Source: Meyerozyma guilliermondii (taxonomy: Eukaryota). Taken from it: a stretch of DNA of 64,000 nucleotides. The notes below the pieces were generated by a model. The model saw nothing but the letters and a program-made list of their open reading frames with translations, searched no databases and had not been told where the DNA came from. Positions 1 to 10,484 of this stretch are shown here, piece by piece. Made by a program: the position numbers and the translations under genes. The DNA lies in assembly GCA_051546255.1 (NCBI GenBank), contig CP128819.1, positions 868,001 to 932,000 on the forward strand, read 5' to 3'. Each line of letters starts with the position of its first letter. Within the stretch, counting starts at the first letter, position 1.

Positions 1-1609
1 CTCTGAATCTAATGTGGAAACCACGGAAGTCGCTTCCAACAACAAAGAACATACCATAAGGTTTATCAGGATATTCAGAAGTGGGCAAGAAAGCAGGGTC
101 CAATCTGAACGAAAGGGCAACCTTGGTAGAAGTGTAAAAGTTGGTCTTCAAAATGGACTTGTTGAACATGTGCAAAGCTCTCAATACAAGCACATGGTGT
201 TCGTTCTGAGAACACTCTCGGTTCAAAAGATGTTCAAACTCTTCATCTGAACCAACAGGAGTGATTTGCGACAATCTTTGGTACGACAAGGTTTTTTCCA
301 TTGACGAGCGAATGTAGTGTACGTCGGCGAACAGGCGGTACAACTTTCTAACAATGTCACGTCTGACGTCAAACACCTCTTGAATGTATTTCTGAGTGTA
401 AGTCTCAGATCTCAAACGCTTCTTCAAGCTGCTCAAGACCTCGGCGTGTTGGGTCGATTTGGAAGGATCAAGAAGCGAGGTAAGCTTCGAGTATTCAGGA
501 CCCAATCTATTCAAAAAATGGGTGACAAAGATCACACCAGATTGAGCATAGATACTCTCCTGCAACGACAATTCACCCTTGGTAAATCTGTCGTGGAAAA
601 AGTTGTGAGGAATGCAGTACAACAAAGATGCCTCCTTGATGACTTGGTAGATGGACAAATCGGCTGGCGATTTCTTGAACTTGGAGGTCACATACATGGA
701 AATGATGGTGACTCCGTTGGCAAACTGTTCCACGTACTTACGAGTAGTTTGCAACTTGTAGTAGTTGGCCAAATCACTCAAAGCAGAATTGTATCTGGCA
801 GAAGTTTTCTGTTTGTAACCAATCACCACTCTGAACTCGTCGGAGTCTTCGAGAGGGTAGTGCTTGATCACTGGACCCGTGGTAACCACCACCTTTTTGA
901 TGATATCCGAGTATATTTGCTTAGTGTTGGGAGAAGCAATCTGCAAGAATGTAGTGTCACCAATTTTGTTGATATCGGTTTCTTCGGGGGAAACATCCTT
1001 GTGCTTGTAATTGTTCTTGTACACAAAGTAACATCTGAAAAGTTGGTCCTTCATCTTTTGATTCTGGGACTTTTCAAAAACACCCGACAAGATGGCATCA
1101 GCAGAGTAGTTGAGAGGAGCAGTGAAATACTCGGCTCTGTAACTGGTGTCGGTCAATTTGTAAGAAGGATCAATGTACTTGTCATCAACCTTTTCCTCAA
1201 AACGATTCCGCTTGTATGACGAATTCAGAAGCGCTGTGGTGTCAAAGAACACTGCGTGGTCATCACCCTCCCTCTTGTAATGGATGAGTGAATCATCAGA
1301 AACGTCTGAGGCGTAAGCCTGGACCTTACACGAGTACAAGGCGTGGATGTGACCAGCAATTTCTTCAGCAGATTCTCTGGCAAAGAACACATCATCAATT
1401 CCCAAATGGTCGTAGAACCAGCGAGCTTCTGACTCAATCAAAGATTCAGGAATGAAGCCAGTGTTGTCCAAGATGTCCAAAACTTGATCATACTGAGCTT
1501 TCTTACCAGAAAATGGACTATTGATGTAGCCACGCTTCAAACTTAAGACGGAAGACGAATTGGAAGTGGTCCTGTTTAAGGACAAGTTCTGAATATCAAC
1601 GTCAGCCAT
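1..1609 (-). CDS. GDH2: NAD-specific glutamate dehydrogenase, N-terminal part (runs off the left edge)
   Basis: Not in the ORF track because no stop lies in the window. Manual translation from ATG 1609 gives MADVDIQNLSLNR...FSGKKAQYDQVLDILDNTGFIPESLIESEARWFYDHLGIDDVFFARES, and FRGFHIRFR at the window edge; both are typical of fungal Gdh2. Confidence 0.95.
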   Translation of the reverse strand, partial: MADVDIQNLSLNRTTSNSSSVLSLKRGYINSPFSGKKAQYDQVLDILDNTGFIPESLIESEARWFYDHLGIDDVFFARESAEEIAGHIHALYSCKVQAYASDVSDDSLIHYKREGDDHAVFFDTTALLNSSYKRNRFEEKVDDKYIDPSYKLTDTSYRAEYFTAPLNYSADAILSGVFEKSQNQKMKDQLFRCYFVYKNNYKHKDVSPEETDINKIGDTTFLQIASPNTKQIYSDIIKKVVVTTGPVIKHYPLEDSDEFRVVIGYKQKTSARYNSALSDLANYYKLQTTRKYVEQFANGVTIISMYVTSKFKKSPADLSIYQVIKEASLLYCIPHNFFHDRFTKGELSLQESIYAQSGVIFVTHFLNRLGPEYSKLTSLLDPSKSTQHAEVLSSLKKRLRSETYTQKYIQEVFDVRRDIVRKLYRLFADVHYIRSSMEKTLSYQRLSQITPVGSDEEFEHLLNRECSQNEHHVLVLRALHMFNKSILKTNFYTSTKVALSFRLDPAFLPTSEYPDKPYGMFFVVGSDFRGFHIRFR

Positions 1610-1806
1610 CGGTAAAGATTTGTTTAAATGTAATCGAATACGATTTTATACGAAGATTATCCTTGTAGATTCAAAACGGCGGTTTTCGTATAATTAAAAC
1701 TTGCGATATTTGTGCTCTATATATACGCAGTTGCAGACCCCAACAAAGGTGACGCCCGGTAACTTCTGCGGCGCTGGAGGGGCGGACGGAAATCATTAGG
1801 GGTGAA

Positions 1807-1967
1807 TTCCGAGGGTATTTCCGAGGGGTGTGGGGCCAAATTTAGCAGTGCGCCAAGGTGAGCGCCGAGGGTGGCCGGGCGATGAAGGAGAGTTCGGGTG
1901 CATACTTCCGAGGGCAAAATAAGCTGTGTGCGGCAGTCCGACTCCGACTTTACAACGAATTCCGAGG
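1807..1967. promoter_or_regulatory. Cluster of four identical TTCCGAGG motifs upstream of GDH2 (putative Zn2Cys6-factor sites)
   Basis: Exact copies at 1807, 1819, 1906 and 1960, plus GCCGAGG at 1864. CCG/CGG triplets are typical zinc-cluster half-sites. Confidence 0.45.
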
Positions 1968-2295
1968 TCAGAAGAGGGGGAATAATAAGGCAGTTATTAT
2001 TTGACTTGTTGCTTTGTTCTAGCTCCAAAAGATCGTCAGCGAGTTGCCAGGACATGAAATGTGATTTCTTCTACACAATTCTGCCCCGGAATTTTTCGGG
2101 CCTCATAACCTTGCGGTGCACGGCAATAGCACCTCATCACGCGCGTCGTCCCGAAAAGGCAGTTTTTGTGGGGCATAGAAGAGAGGGGCACCCCGCTATG
2201 GCTTTCCATGAGCGGCATCGTGAAAAATTATAAACACGATACATGATGCAGGTCACACAATTCGGGAAATGTTAACCGTTACTCCACACTAGGCA

Positions 2296-2365
2296 CTGTG
2301 GCTACCTGCCGTTTATAGTCGAATCACGTGGCCACAATATTGTAACGTTTATTTACACGGCCACA
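2296..2365. promoter_or_regulatory. Cbf1 E-box plus Met31/32-like TGTGGC sites
   Basis: CTGTGGC 2296-2302, TCACGTG 2324-2330, GCCACA 2331-2336 and 2360-2365. Confidence 0.4.
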
Positions 2366-2392
2366 ATCGGAACGTTTATTATGCATAGTCTA

Positions 2393-3811
2393 TTACCATC
2401 CATGGTCAAACAACATGGACACGGATTCTCCGTTGTGTATTCTTCGAATGGCCTCAGCTAGCACTCTGGACACATCGATAACCACGAGCTTGTCTCCCAA
2501 CATCTCCGAATGAGTTTTTTGTGGGGTGGAATTGGTGGTGATCAACTTGTCGATTGAAGACTTGGCGATTCTATTGATGGCATCTCCACTGAAGACCCCG
2601 TGAGTCACCAAGGCATACACATACAGGGCACCTTGGTCCTTTAAAAGCTTGGCTGCTCGGGTTATGGTGTATGAGGTATCAACAAGATCATCGACCAACA
2701 CACACACTCGGTCTCTAACATCACCAACTAGCATGGTAGTGGCCACCAATTGATGTCCATTGGGGTTATTCACGGAACTCGTGCTGGAAAATCCACCAGC
2801 ACTCCTGGTTCCTAATGGACCGGGTGCAGAAGGTGGACCACTGGAATTGGCTTTGGCTCTTCTTTCTTTGTGAATTAAAGCAAACTGACACCCAATTGCA
2901 TCGGCTATTGAAGTAGCACGCTTGGCACCTCCACTATCGGGCGACACTATCACACACTGTTGATAGTTGGGTATATAGTCAATAATATAATGCTTGAGAA
3001 GTGGCTTTGAGTACAAATTATCAACGGGAATATTGAAAAATCCCTGGAATTGTGGGTCATGAAGGTCCATGGTTACACAACGATCTGCTCCAGCAGTCAT
3101 AAGAAGATTGGCTATCAACGTACCATTTTGAGATATCCATTTCTTGTACCCGCTATCATTGGGCTTTGCCAAATCGCACGATTTTTCACTTTTTTCCACC
3201 AGTCTTTCAGTGGATCTTTCACTGTTTCTTTCCGTCGATCTCTCACTGATTCTTTCGCTGGCTCTTTCAGCCGCTCTCTCTCCAGAGCGTTCCACAGGTT
3301 TATCTTGCTTGGCTCTAAAAGATTTGGGAAGGATGTGTCCCGCGGCACCAATTCCACTCGACGAATTGACGCCAAGATTAAAAGGCGGAGGAGTCCCGAA
3401 ATCAAACCCACTCTTTGTCCATGGTCGTGGAGTGCTGGGAGCACTTTCGTATGTGTAGGTGTCTTTTTTGGTGGTTATAGAAGGGGCTCCAGTAGCCACT
3501 GCTGCGTGGGGCACATCTGGCTGACGAGAGTATGGAAACAAGGGGAGAACCGCAGTGACTCTACGAGCACTTGCCGTCTTGCAAGCAGCAATCATGATGA
3601 GGAGCTGAACGAAATTATCGTTGATATGGCCGCTTCCACTTTGAATTATAAAAACATCCTTATCACGAACCGAGCCTTGTATTTCGATACTGGTCTCACC
3701 ATTTGAGAACCTACCGATATTCACATCGGATTCTTCGGTCGTTAGTATCCTACAGATACTTTTTGTAAGATCAGGGTGGGATGTTCCACCTAAAACCACC
3801 AAGTTCCTCAT
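2393..3811 (-). CDS. PRS5: Ribose-phosphate pyrophosphokinase, Prs5 type with two non-homologous insertions
   Basis: RFSNGET, LPLFPYSRQPD, VTMDLHDPQFQGFF, VSPDSGGAKRA and VLVDDLVDT motifs; insertions after YSRQPD and after HKERR. ATG at 3811 (MRNLVVLGG). Confidence 0.92.
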   Translation of the reverse strand: MRNLVVLGGTSHPDLTKSICRILTTEESDVNIGRFSNGETSIEIQGSVRDKDVFIIQSGSGHINDNFVQLLIMIAACKTASARRVTAVLPLFPYSRQPDVPHAAVATGAPSITTKKDTYTYESAPSTPRPWTKSGFDFGTPPPFNLGVNSSSGIGAAGHILPKSFRAKQDKPVERSGERAAERASERISERSTERNSERSTERLVEKSEKSCDLAKPNDSGYKKWISQNGTLIANLLMTAGADRCVTMDLHDPQFQGFFNIPVDNLYSKPLLKHYIIDYIPNYQQCVIVSPDSGGAKRATSIADAIGCQFALIHKERRAKANSSGPPSAPGPLGTRSAGGFSSTSSVNNPNGHQLVATTMLVGDVRDRVCVLVDDLVDTSYTITRAAKLLKDQGALYVYALVTHGVFSGDAINRIAKSSIDKLITTNSTPQKTHSEMLGDKLVVIDVSRVLAEAIRRIHNGESVSMLFDHGW

Positions 3812-4276
3812 GGCTGAAGAGGAAGAAGTTTTTGAAATTTTGAAAATGATAACGGTATCTGCAGGACCGCGACCACCCAATGGCTGCAAAATGGGATGAG
3901 GTAGGTTAAAAGTAACTGATTACTGCTGAGAGGCTGGTTAAAAAAATGAGGATGCAACTTGCAATTTATATTGCCTAGGACTTCATTGAAAGACTACTTC
4001 TTTGCGAGAGTTATCGATGTTAAAATGGTCAATCTGCTCAATTATACTCTGCTCATATCCACAAAGGTTTGAGATTGAGTTGCTGAAACCTCGCTCGAAA
4101 TGTACATGATAGCTGCTTGAGCTAAAGAGAAATAACTCTTAAGTCTTTCCTTATGCAATTGAAGTTAATCTGAGCGCAACCAGGCAAGACAGAATAATAC
4201 CATAAGCAACTCTTCAGAACCAAGTGATCCTTTTCACTCTATATTGCAAACATAATCGATCATTTGATACTCCTGT

Positions 4277-5671
4277 CTAAAAACGAACATTGTAGTTACC
4301 TGCTGTGCATTTGTAGTTGACCCATTTTATAGTTCGATAGTTGGACTTATCGTGAATCTTCAAGAACTTCACAGTGAGCCCTGAGCAGGCATACATATCA
4401 AGATGAAAGTCGATTTTTATCGGTGGCCGTTGCCATTTGAGAACAGTATCTTCGTCCTCATAATTGGTGGTTTCATTCCAACCAACTTCAGCAGTTAATG
4501 TATGCAGTTGGTCGCCAAAGAGTTTGTTAAATTTCCAAAGAATGGCAGATTCTTCGGGGTGAAATTTGGCCTTGCCTTGGGTTGGCGACGCATAGTTTCT
4601 CACTACTCCCTGAGGAGTTGGGACTCGAATCACCACGCCAGTAGCAGCAATTTTCGAAGGGAAAAGAGACCTGATTTTGATTTTGTAGACGATTTTGTGG
4701 CCCAGTTGATGTATTTCTGGAATGATGTCGAACGGAAGATTTATGTTTGACAGGCAATGGTACGACATCAACTGGAATTCTCCATCCGGAGGAATGAACT
4801 GAATCTCTCGATTCGAGTCAAAACGTGAAAGGTCAACGGAATGGTGAAGTTTTGTATTTTCCAAAACCACTCCGGAATCTGTATCTGACAGATGCGACGA
4901 TGCCGAGCTGAGGAAAACACAGTCGTCACCCAACCCAAATCTGCACTCAGGCATTCCAGATAAATGTGTTCGCATGTTAACGGTACCATCGACGGAAGAA
5001 CGAAGTACCAGCCCACCTTCTGGACTTATGAGTGCCGAAACCTTTTCTTCGATATTCACGAAAACTTCATTCCGGCGGTATTTTATGCCTGGTTGTCGCC
5101 ACGATACACCTGTGTCGTGGCCTGCGGTTCGGTCAAGTGAAGCAGAGGAAGTATTGCCGATTTTGGGGAGCCCCAAAGTAGCAATTGTGCCTGAAGAGCG
5201 TTTTTTCGCCAAACTTTTGGGTCGTTTTAAAAATGAACCCAGCAGCTCTGACGAGCCATGGACCAGGAAATAGGATGGATTGGTGTCAATTGGGTACCCA
5301 AAGTTGGCAGCTTCGTCTACAATGTCGTAGACGGAGGAAAAATGGTTGATGATGGCGTCAGAGGTCAACGGATGTTTTTCACCAACTACCAGTTTGAGCA
5401 AGGTTTCTAACCGGAAAAGAAACGCCATGATAGTAGCACAGTCCTGGTTTGACCTGGCCACGGCACAGAGCCACAAGTGGCCGGAACGGATGTAAATGAA
5501 CGAAGTGGATCCGAGGGTTAGCACCGGAGAACGTATTGCGGAACGATTGGAAGCAGCCGAAATGACATGGATTCGAAATACGTCTGAGATGTTTCTTCCT
5601 ATGCCGCTTCGGTATAGCTTGGAGATAAGGACATCTCCTTTGGCATCGAATATGTAGAGTCCACTGATCAT
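4277..5671 (-). CDS. APM4: AP-2 adaptor complex mu subunit
   Basis: KGDVLISKLY, SWRQPGIKYRRNEVFV, LSGMPECRFGL, FIPPDGEFQLMSY and TIKWVNY motifs. Confidence 0.92.
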   Translation of the reverse strand: MISGLYIFDAKGDVLISKLYRSGIGRNISDVFRIHVISAASNRSAIRSPVLTLGSTSFIYIRSGHLWLCAVARSNQDCATIMAFLFRLETLLKLVVGEKHPLTSDAIINHFSSVYDIVDEAANFGYPIDTNPSYFLVHGSSELLGSFLKRPKSLAKKRSSGTIATLGLPKIGNTSSASLDRTAGHDTGVSWRQPGIKYRRNEVFVNIEEKVSALISPEGGLVLRSSVDGTVNMRTHLSGMPECRFGLGDDCVFLSSASSHLSDTDSGVVLENTKLHHSVDLSRFDSNREIQFIPPDGEFQLMSYHCLSNINLPFDIIPEIHQLGHKIVYKIKIRSLFPSKIAATGVVIRVPTPQGVVRNYASPTQGKAKFHPEESAILWKFNKLFGDQLHTLTAEVGWNETTNYEDEDTVLKWQRPPIKIDFHLDMYACSGLTVKFLKIHDKSNYRTIKWVNYKCTAGNYNVRF

Positions 5672-5689
5672 GTTGGAAGTTGCGAACGC

Positions 5690-5766
5690 GATTTGGATTG
5701 ATTTGAGATTTGAGGTTTGGATTTGGATTTGAATTTGAGATTTGAGATTTGAGAATCGATTTGAGA
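5690..5766. repeat. Degenerate GATTTG(A/G) 6-7 bp tandem repeat upstream of APM4
   Basis: gatttggattgatttgagatttgaggtttggatttggatttgaatttgagatttgagatttgaga. Confidence 0.8.
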
Positions 5767-5965
5767 GCGGAAGGATAAGAGAGAAATGAGAACAGAAGGT
5801 GAGATTGAGAAGGTGATATGAAGAAGATAGAAGAAATGAGAAGATGAGAAAGGAATATAATAAGTCGAAGAATGAAGAATAAAATCAAGGATTATATGAA
5901 ATTGTTGATGCTGCTCGATAGAGTGACTTTCGTGGAAATTTTTATTTTTTTCTGACATTTTTTGT

Positions 5966-7789
5966 CTACTGCATTCCCGCAAGAGCACCCTGGGTCTTCT
6001 TGTCGTGGCGACTCTTCCGACTATGGTTTGCTCGCGACGATTTATTTGCTTCGTTTCGCTTTTGGGCCCGCTGGATCTGCTCTTTACTTTGTGGTTTGGG
6101 ATCCTTGGTCTCATTGGTAGTCTTTGTTTTCTTTGTATCATTTGTTTCATCCTTTTTATCATTTCTTCGATTCGGGTTTCCGCCATAAAAGTAGTCTTCT
6201 TCGAGGATCTTGAATCTCCGAGGTGACTTTAGGAGCAACCTAAACCAACCCTCGATCTGCTCGTCGGTCATACCAGTTGCTTTCCTCATTGCCTGTCTCT
6301 CAGCACTTTTTCGAGCTGAACGAGTTAAGGCTTCATTGTTGAGTTTAAAGGCCAGGAAAAGGTACCGACTATTGGCATCAATGGCTTGTCGAGTTTCGAG
6401 TCCTTTATCTCTTTCTTGCCTAACGTCTTTCTCGAAGCCGGTTGTAGTGGTCTCCTGGTCATCGTAGGTATCGTCTGGTTCATCCTCATCGCTTTCATAC
6501 ATAAGTCGTATAGCAGCTGATAGCGTCTTTTTTTGCAATTCTTCGGTGGATACCACAGGGTCCTTTCTCTTGACTAGGGTGTCTCCCTTGACACTGTTCG
6601 TGAACCTAGCAACACTTGAAGCTACAGGCTGGATGGTTTCGTCAACCAAATTAAGCTCCTGGAACTCTTTAATGGTGCTGATTATGTCTGGCAGCTCGAG
6701 TAGAATGTTCGTTGCACGTTCGACATTTTGGTCGTTATCGAAAAGAATAGTTTTTGCTTGGCCCCTGGTCATTTGAGGGAAAAGATCGAGAAGAGTATCG
6801 ATATCACTTTCTTTTATGGCTGGTGAGGACGGTGATGAGACCTTATTTGAAAACTTCAAATTAGCCAAGAACGGCAACTTTTCTCTGATTCCAGGACTCA
6901 AGCTCAGCAAAGAATCAGATATCAAGATTGCACTGAACAATGGGTACATTTTGAGACCTTCGGGGCTATTAATACCCATTCCAGTAACGAGTTTCGCGAG
7001 CTTTGCTGGAGAGAGAGACACCATAGATATTATCATGACATGCTCGATAGTGGTAGCATGGACACTGGAGCCTCCGCCATAAAGAGACTCGAGTAGTTCT
7101 ATCCATGCTCCAGTGACGAATTTTTCAGCAAATTGCGTGCTGTTGGATTTTGCATTGACTTTCTTGTGGTCGCCTCGGCCTGCTCCAGTGATGTTTATGA
7201 CTTGTGCTTTAGAAGCTGCTATGCTCTGGCCCAATAGGTGCGAGAGCGCTTCAAGATCATGATGGCTAAACTTGCCAGAAGTGATAATTGTCTGAAGGTG
7301 AGTGTGGATCAGTGGAATAGAGCTTATATTACCGGACTTTTTGTTGTCGTTAAGCTTGGATTTGAAAGTTCCATCCACAAGGGACCTCACAGTGGTACCG
7401 TTGCCTGCTGCGTAGATGCAAATGAAGTGCCAAACCGCCTCGCCAGTGAGATTAAGCTTGACTATGCTGTATGATTTCACGAGCTGGAAAACTAGTGCTC
7501 TTAAAGATGCTGTATTTGCTTTGATATCAGGATTGATGGCTCCCAAGGAGAAGATCCTGCTGCCCTCCTGTGAGGTTTCGGAAAGGAACACTTTCACAAA
7601 ATACTGAAGCTGTTGCTGGGTCCGAACAGATAACTTGAACAGTTCCGGAGGGTCTACTAGAACCTGTAAAAGTTGATTATATGCTTGAAGAAGATGCACC
7701 CATATCACTGGATCCTTGTCTATAAGCGAGGACCGAAGCTCAAACGGCGGATACTGCGGGATTGGAATATGGACATCGTCAGTACTCAT
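5966..7789 (-). CDS. CUE3: CUE-domain ribosome quality-control trigger complex subunit (Cue3/Rqt3)
   Basis: N-terminal YPPFELRSSLIDKDPVIW, CUE-like LLDLFPQ...NVERATNILLE, YESDEDEPDDTY, MTDEQIEGW and C-terminal NKSSRANHSRK. Confidence 0.88.
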   Translation of the reverse strand: MSTDDVHIPIPQYPPFELRSSLIDKDPVIWVHLLQAYNQLLQVLVDPPELFKLSVRTQQQLQYFVKVFLSETSQEGSRIFSLGAINPDIKANTASLRALVFQLVKSYSIVKLNLTGEAVWHFICIYAAGNGTTVRSLVDGTFKSKLNDNKKSGNISSIPLIHTHLQTIITSGKFSHHDLEALSHLLGQSIAASKAQVINITGAGRGDHKKVNAKSNSTQFAEKFVTGAWIELLESLYGGGSSVHATTIEHVMIISMVSLSPAKLAKLVTGMGINSPEGLKMYPLFSAILISDSLLSLSPGIREKLPFLANLKFSNKVSSPSSPAIKESDIDTLLDLFPQMTRGQAKTILFDNDQNVERATNILLELPDIISTIKEFQELNLVDETIQPVASSVARFTNSVKGDTLVKRKDPVVSTEELQKKTLSAAIRLMYESDEDEPDDTYDDQETTTTGFEKDVRQERDKGLETRQAIDANSRYLFLAFKLNNEALTRSARKSAERQAMRKATGMTDEQIEGWFRLLLKSPRRFKILEEDYFYGGNPNRRNDKKDETNDTKKTKTTNETKDPKPQSKEQIQRAQKRNEANKSSRANHSRKSRHDKKTQGALAGMQ

Positions 7790-7918
7790 TAGCAGTTCGA
7801 CTCATAAAATGAGTCTTGCGAGATGTTGAGCCTGTCTGCAGGTCGTGGCTAATCTATCGCTATCTGCAGGCCCGCGATGCGGCAGCCCACGTTGGGTGCG
7901 AACGATAATGTATTGTCA

Positions 7919-8944
7919 ATGGTGGCCCAGAAATTTGTGGATCTCAATGAGCCATTAAACCCCGAGGCCAAGCCCACGTTGGCGAAGTCCAGCTTGACTC
8001 CAGAGTACGCGGAAGCTTCTCTTATTCTTCATGGTGACTATTATCGTCAGCTTCAAGGATCATGTAATCGGTACATTTTTTGGCACCCAATTTCAATGTC
8101 AATATGGGTGGTTGGTTTGGTAGCTGCTGCCGCCTATTTTCTTCGAGACTACTATGCCATTTCGAATGGACTTCTAGATTTTTTCGCTCAGTTCGTTGCT
8201 CGCTCCGATATGAAATTCGAGTTGATTTACCTCTTACCATGTACGGTTTTGATATTTGCCTTCATAGGATTGAGTGCCCATCTCTTGTCGGACGACTTGC
8301 GTGATATTGCGGACAAGCTCGACCAGCCGGATCGGATCGAGGAATTGTACGGGTTTGACTTGAGAAAATTCGCCAAAGAGGACCCCAACCTGAGATTGTC
8401 ACCCAAGCAGAAAGCCCTCCTCCAGAATGGTGAAAATACTCACTTGATTGTGTACAGAAACTCCCCCATCGCTGTGATTACTTTGAAGCCGTTGTTAGAC
8501 AACTCCACTGAAGCCAATTACTTTGTACGAATCACTGGTCTTCACGTTAGAAAGGTGTTCGTCAAGGCTGATTTCCACACCCTTTTAATCGACTGGGCCC
8601 TCTTGAGATCCAGACAACTTTTCCACGAGTACCTGAAAAAGAAGCTGGACGTCGACTCGTGCAAGATCAACATCTTGGTCGACGCCTACTCGTTCGACAA
8701 GACGTATATTAAGTTTCTTCAATCTCGGTCTTTTGGCCGGGTTTCTTCGTCAACTTTGTTAGACAAATCCAAGAAGGGATCCAATCTCATCCAGTCACTT
8801 AACAAGCTTCTTGGAATCACCAGAGATACGTTCGGTGTGACTATCATTGCCAAGAACGGCGACGAGGACCCATTGTTGAATGCAATCAAGACTGTACCAT
8901 ACTATAAGTCTTCTCAACCAAACCAAGTGAGAAAGCGTAAATAA
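7919..8944 (+). CDS. PHO86: ER protein for phosphate-transporter export (Pho86)
   Basis: LNEPLNPEAKPTL...LTPEYAEASL...NRYIFWHP, two TM segments, GENTHLIVYRNSPIA. Second ATG (7919) preferred over 7877. Confidence 0.85.
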   Translation: MVAQKFVDLNEPLNPEAKPTLAKSSLTPEYAEASLILHGDYYRQLQGSCNRYIFWHPISMSIWVVGLVAAAAYFLRDYYAISNGLLDFFAQFVARSDMKFELIYLLPCTVLIFAFIGLSAHLLSDDLRDIADKLDQPDRIEELYGFDLRKFAKEDPNLRLSPKQKALLQNGENTHLIVYRNSPIAVITLKPLLDNSTEANYFVRITGLHVRKVFVKADFHTLLIDWALLRSRQLFHEYLKKKLDVDSCKINILVDAYSFDKTYIKFLQSRSFGRVSSSTLLDKSKKGSNLIQSLNKLLGITRDTFGVTIIAKNGDEDPLLNAIKTVPYYKSSQPNQVRKRK

Positions 8945-8965
8945 TTATGTACATAACTTTTAATG

Positions 8966-10195
8966 CTAATCCAAGAGACCTGCATGCTTTTTCCCTCTCT
9001 TCATTGCCTTTCGAGACCTATAGGCGATAGAGCCTACCCAAACGACACCCACAACAGCTGCGGTGTAGAGGCATAGCTTCAAACCAAATACCACCTTTTT
9101 CACCAACCGGTTGAAAAAATTGGCATTTTCGTCACCATATAATTCTTTCCGTTTTTGTCGTTCCCGCTCCTTAAGTCTCCTTTCTGCGTTTTTCAACCTC
9201 TTTAGCGTACGTCTCTTGGTGGTAGATTTTTCCTTTTTGAGAACTCGATGCCTGCCTCCGCCAGCCTCTTCCTTGGCTGCTTCCTCATTGGAAATTTCCT
9301 GGAGCTCGTCAATGGAGTCTATAAACCCTCCCTTGCCATTGTACAACGCAAACATTCTATTTTCCATCAAATCAACATTTTCAGACAAATCGCCGGTTTC
9401 GGCACTGAACCCCAAATACTTGATTGCGGGCAATCTGACATCAGAAAGAGTCACACAGTTGGACCACTCGTCAGCAACGTTGTTGTAGTTGAAATCCAAT
9501 GAAAAATAGCCATTTTTGGTGTAGACAATACGGGCTTTGGTCAACTCACTTCTTGGGTTGAGAACTGACCGGGCAGTACATCCAGCCAATCTCGTTTCGT
9601 ACCCGTCTGTATCCTTGTTGTATGGAGTTACACCATTGCCCATCATCAAGTTCACAAACGGAAACTGGCCCCTTTTGCCATTTTTGTAGGTATCGACAAA
9701 TATTCCCAATCCATTAAAATTGTTCTGGCAACCAAAAACATCACCAGTGGGCAATTTTCTGTCGGTAAACCATATAGCAAAGCCATCAGCAACTAATTCT
9801 CGGGCCTTGCTATGGATGTGGAACGTCAATTCCATTTCAAACGACTCGGCTTGGATGGGGAGTTTCAGAAAAATGCTTCCGGCTTGGTGAGGATTATCAG
9901 AAGTCAATCTCATGAACTCATTATTGCGGACAATTGTTGTTCCCAGAACATCCCAATTCTTTGGCTTCAACGTGTTCGGATCCAAGTAGGGAGGAGCCAA
10001 GCCATGGGCCGTTAATTCCACTTTTTTGATGCCAGCAAGACCTTCGTCTTTGTTCTGGAACATTGAGTTGATTTCTTCCGGTGACAAAGAATCATCGGAA
10101 TCTCTCGGAAAAATCAACACATAGAGAACTATGAACACGACGAGTGTCAATGCACCTTTAAAGGTCTTGGATCTTAAGATCGAAGCCATGGCCAT
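8966..10195 (-). CDS. L-type (legume-like) lectin membrane protein, VIP36/Uip5-like
   Basis: ADGFAIWF, FNGLGIFVDTYKNG and YLGFSAETGDLSENVD lectin motifs; N- and C-terminal hydrophobic segments. Confidence 0.85.
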   Translation of the reverse strand: MAMASILRSKTFKGALTLVVFIVLYVLIFPRDSDDSLSPEEINSMFQNKDEGLAGIKKVELTAHGLAPPYLDPNTLKPKNWDVLGTTIVRNNEFMRLTSDNPHQAGSIFLKLPIQAESFEMELTFHIHSKARELVADGFAIWFTDRKLPTGDVFGCQNNFNGLGIFVDTYKNGKRGQFPFVNLMMGNGVTPYNKDTDGYETRLAGCTARSVLNPRSELTKARIVYTKNGYFSLDFNYNNVADEWSNCVTLSDVRLPAIKYLGFSAETGDLSENVDLMENRMFALYNGKGGFIDSIDELQEISNEEAAKEEAGGGRHRVLKKEKSTTKRRTLKRLKNAERRLKERERQKRKELYGDENANFFNRLVKKVVFGLKLCLYTAAVVGVVWVGSIAYRSRKAMKRGKKHAGLLD

Positions 10196-10484
10196 GGTAG
10201 TCCGCACGTGGAGAAGAAGAGCAAGTGCGAACACAAAAGATGGGTGCAAATGGGTGGGGAGGTGGAAGTGAGAAAATGTGGGGGAGAAGAGAAGGAAGTG
10301 AGAAGGGTGGGGGAGGTGAGAAGGAAGTGAGGAAGTAGTGAAAGGGTGGGAAGAGTAGAGTGGGACACCAAAAGTCCCAGGAATGAATCATAAATTCTTA
10401 TTCGAAAACGATATGAATCCTTGTCTATATACACTATGCCAAAGCCCGAGTCTCTGCAACTCAAATTCACACAATCTCTTCATA

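Noticed and set aside
317..1219. 300-aa plus-strand ORF (and 14-250)
   Set aside because: In-register antisense shadow of GDH2, explained by codon bias.
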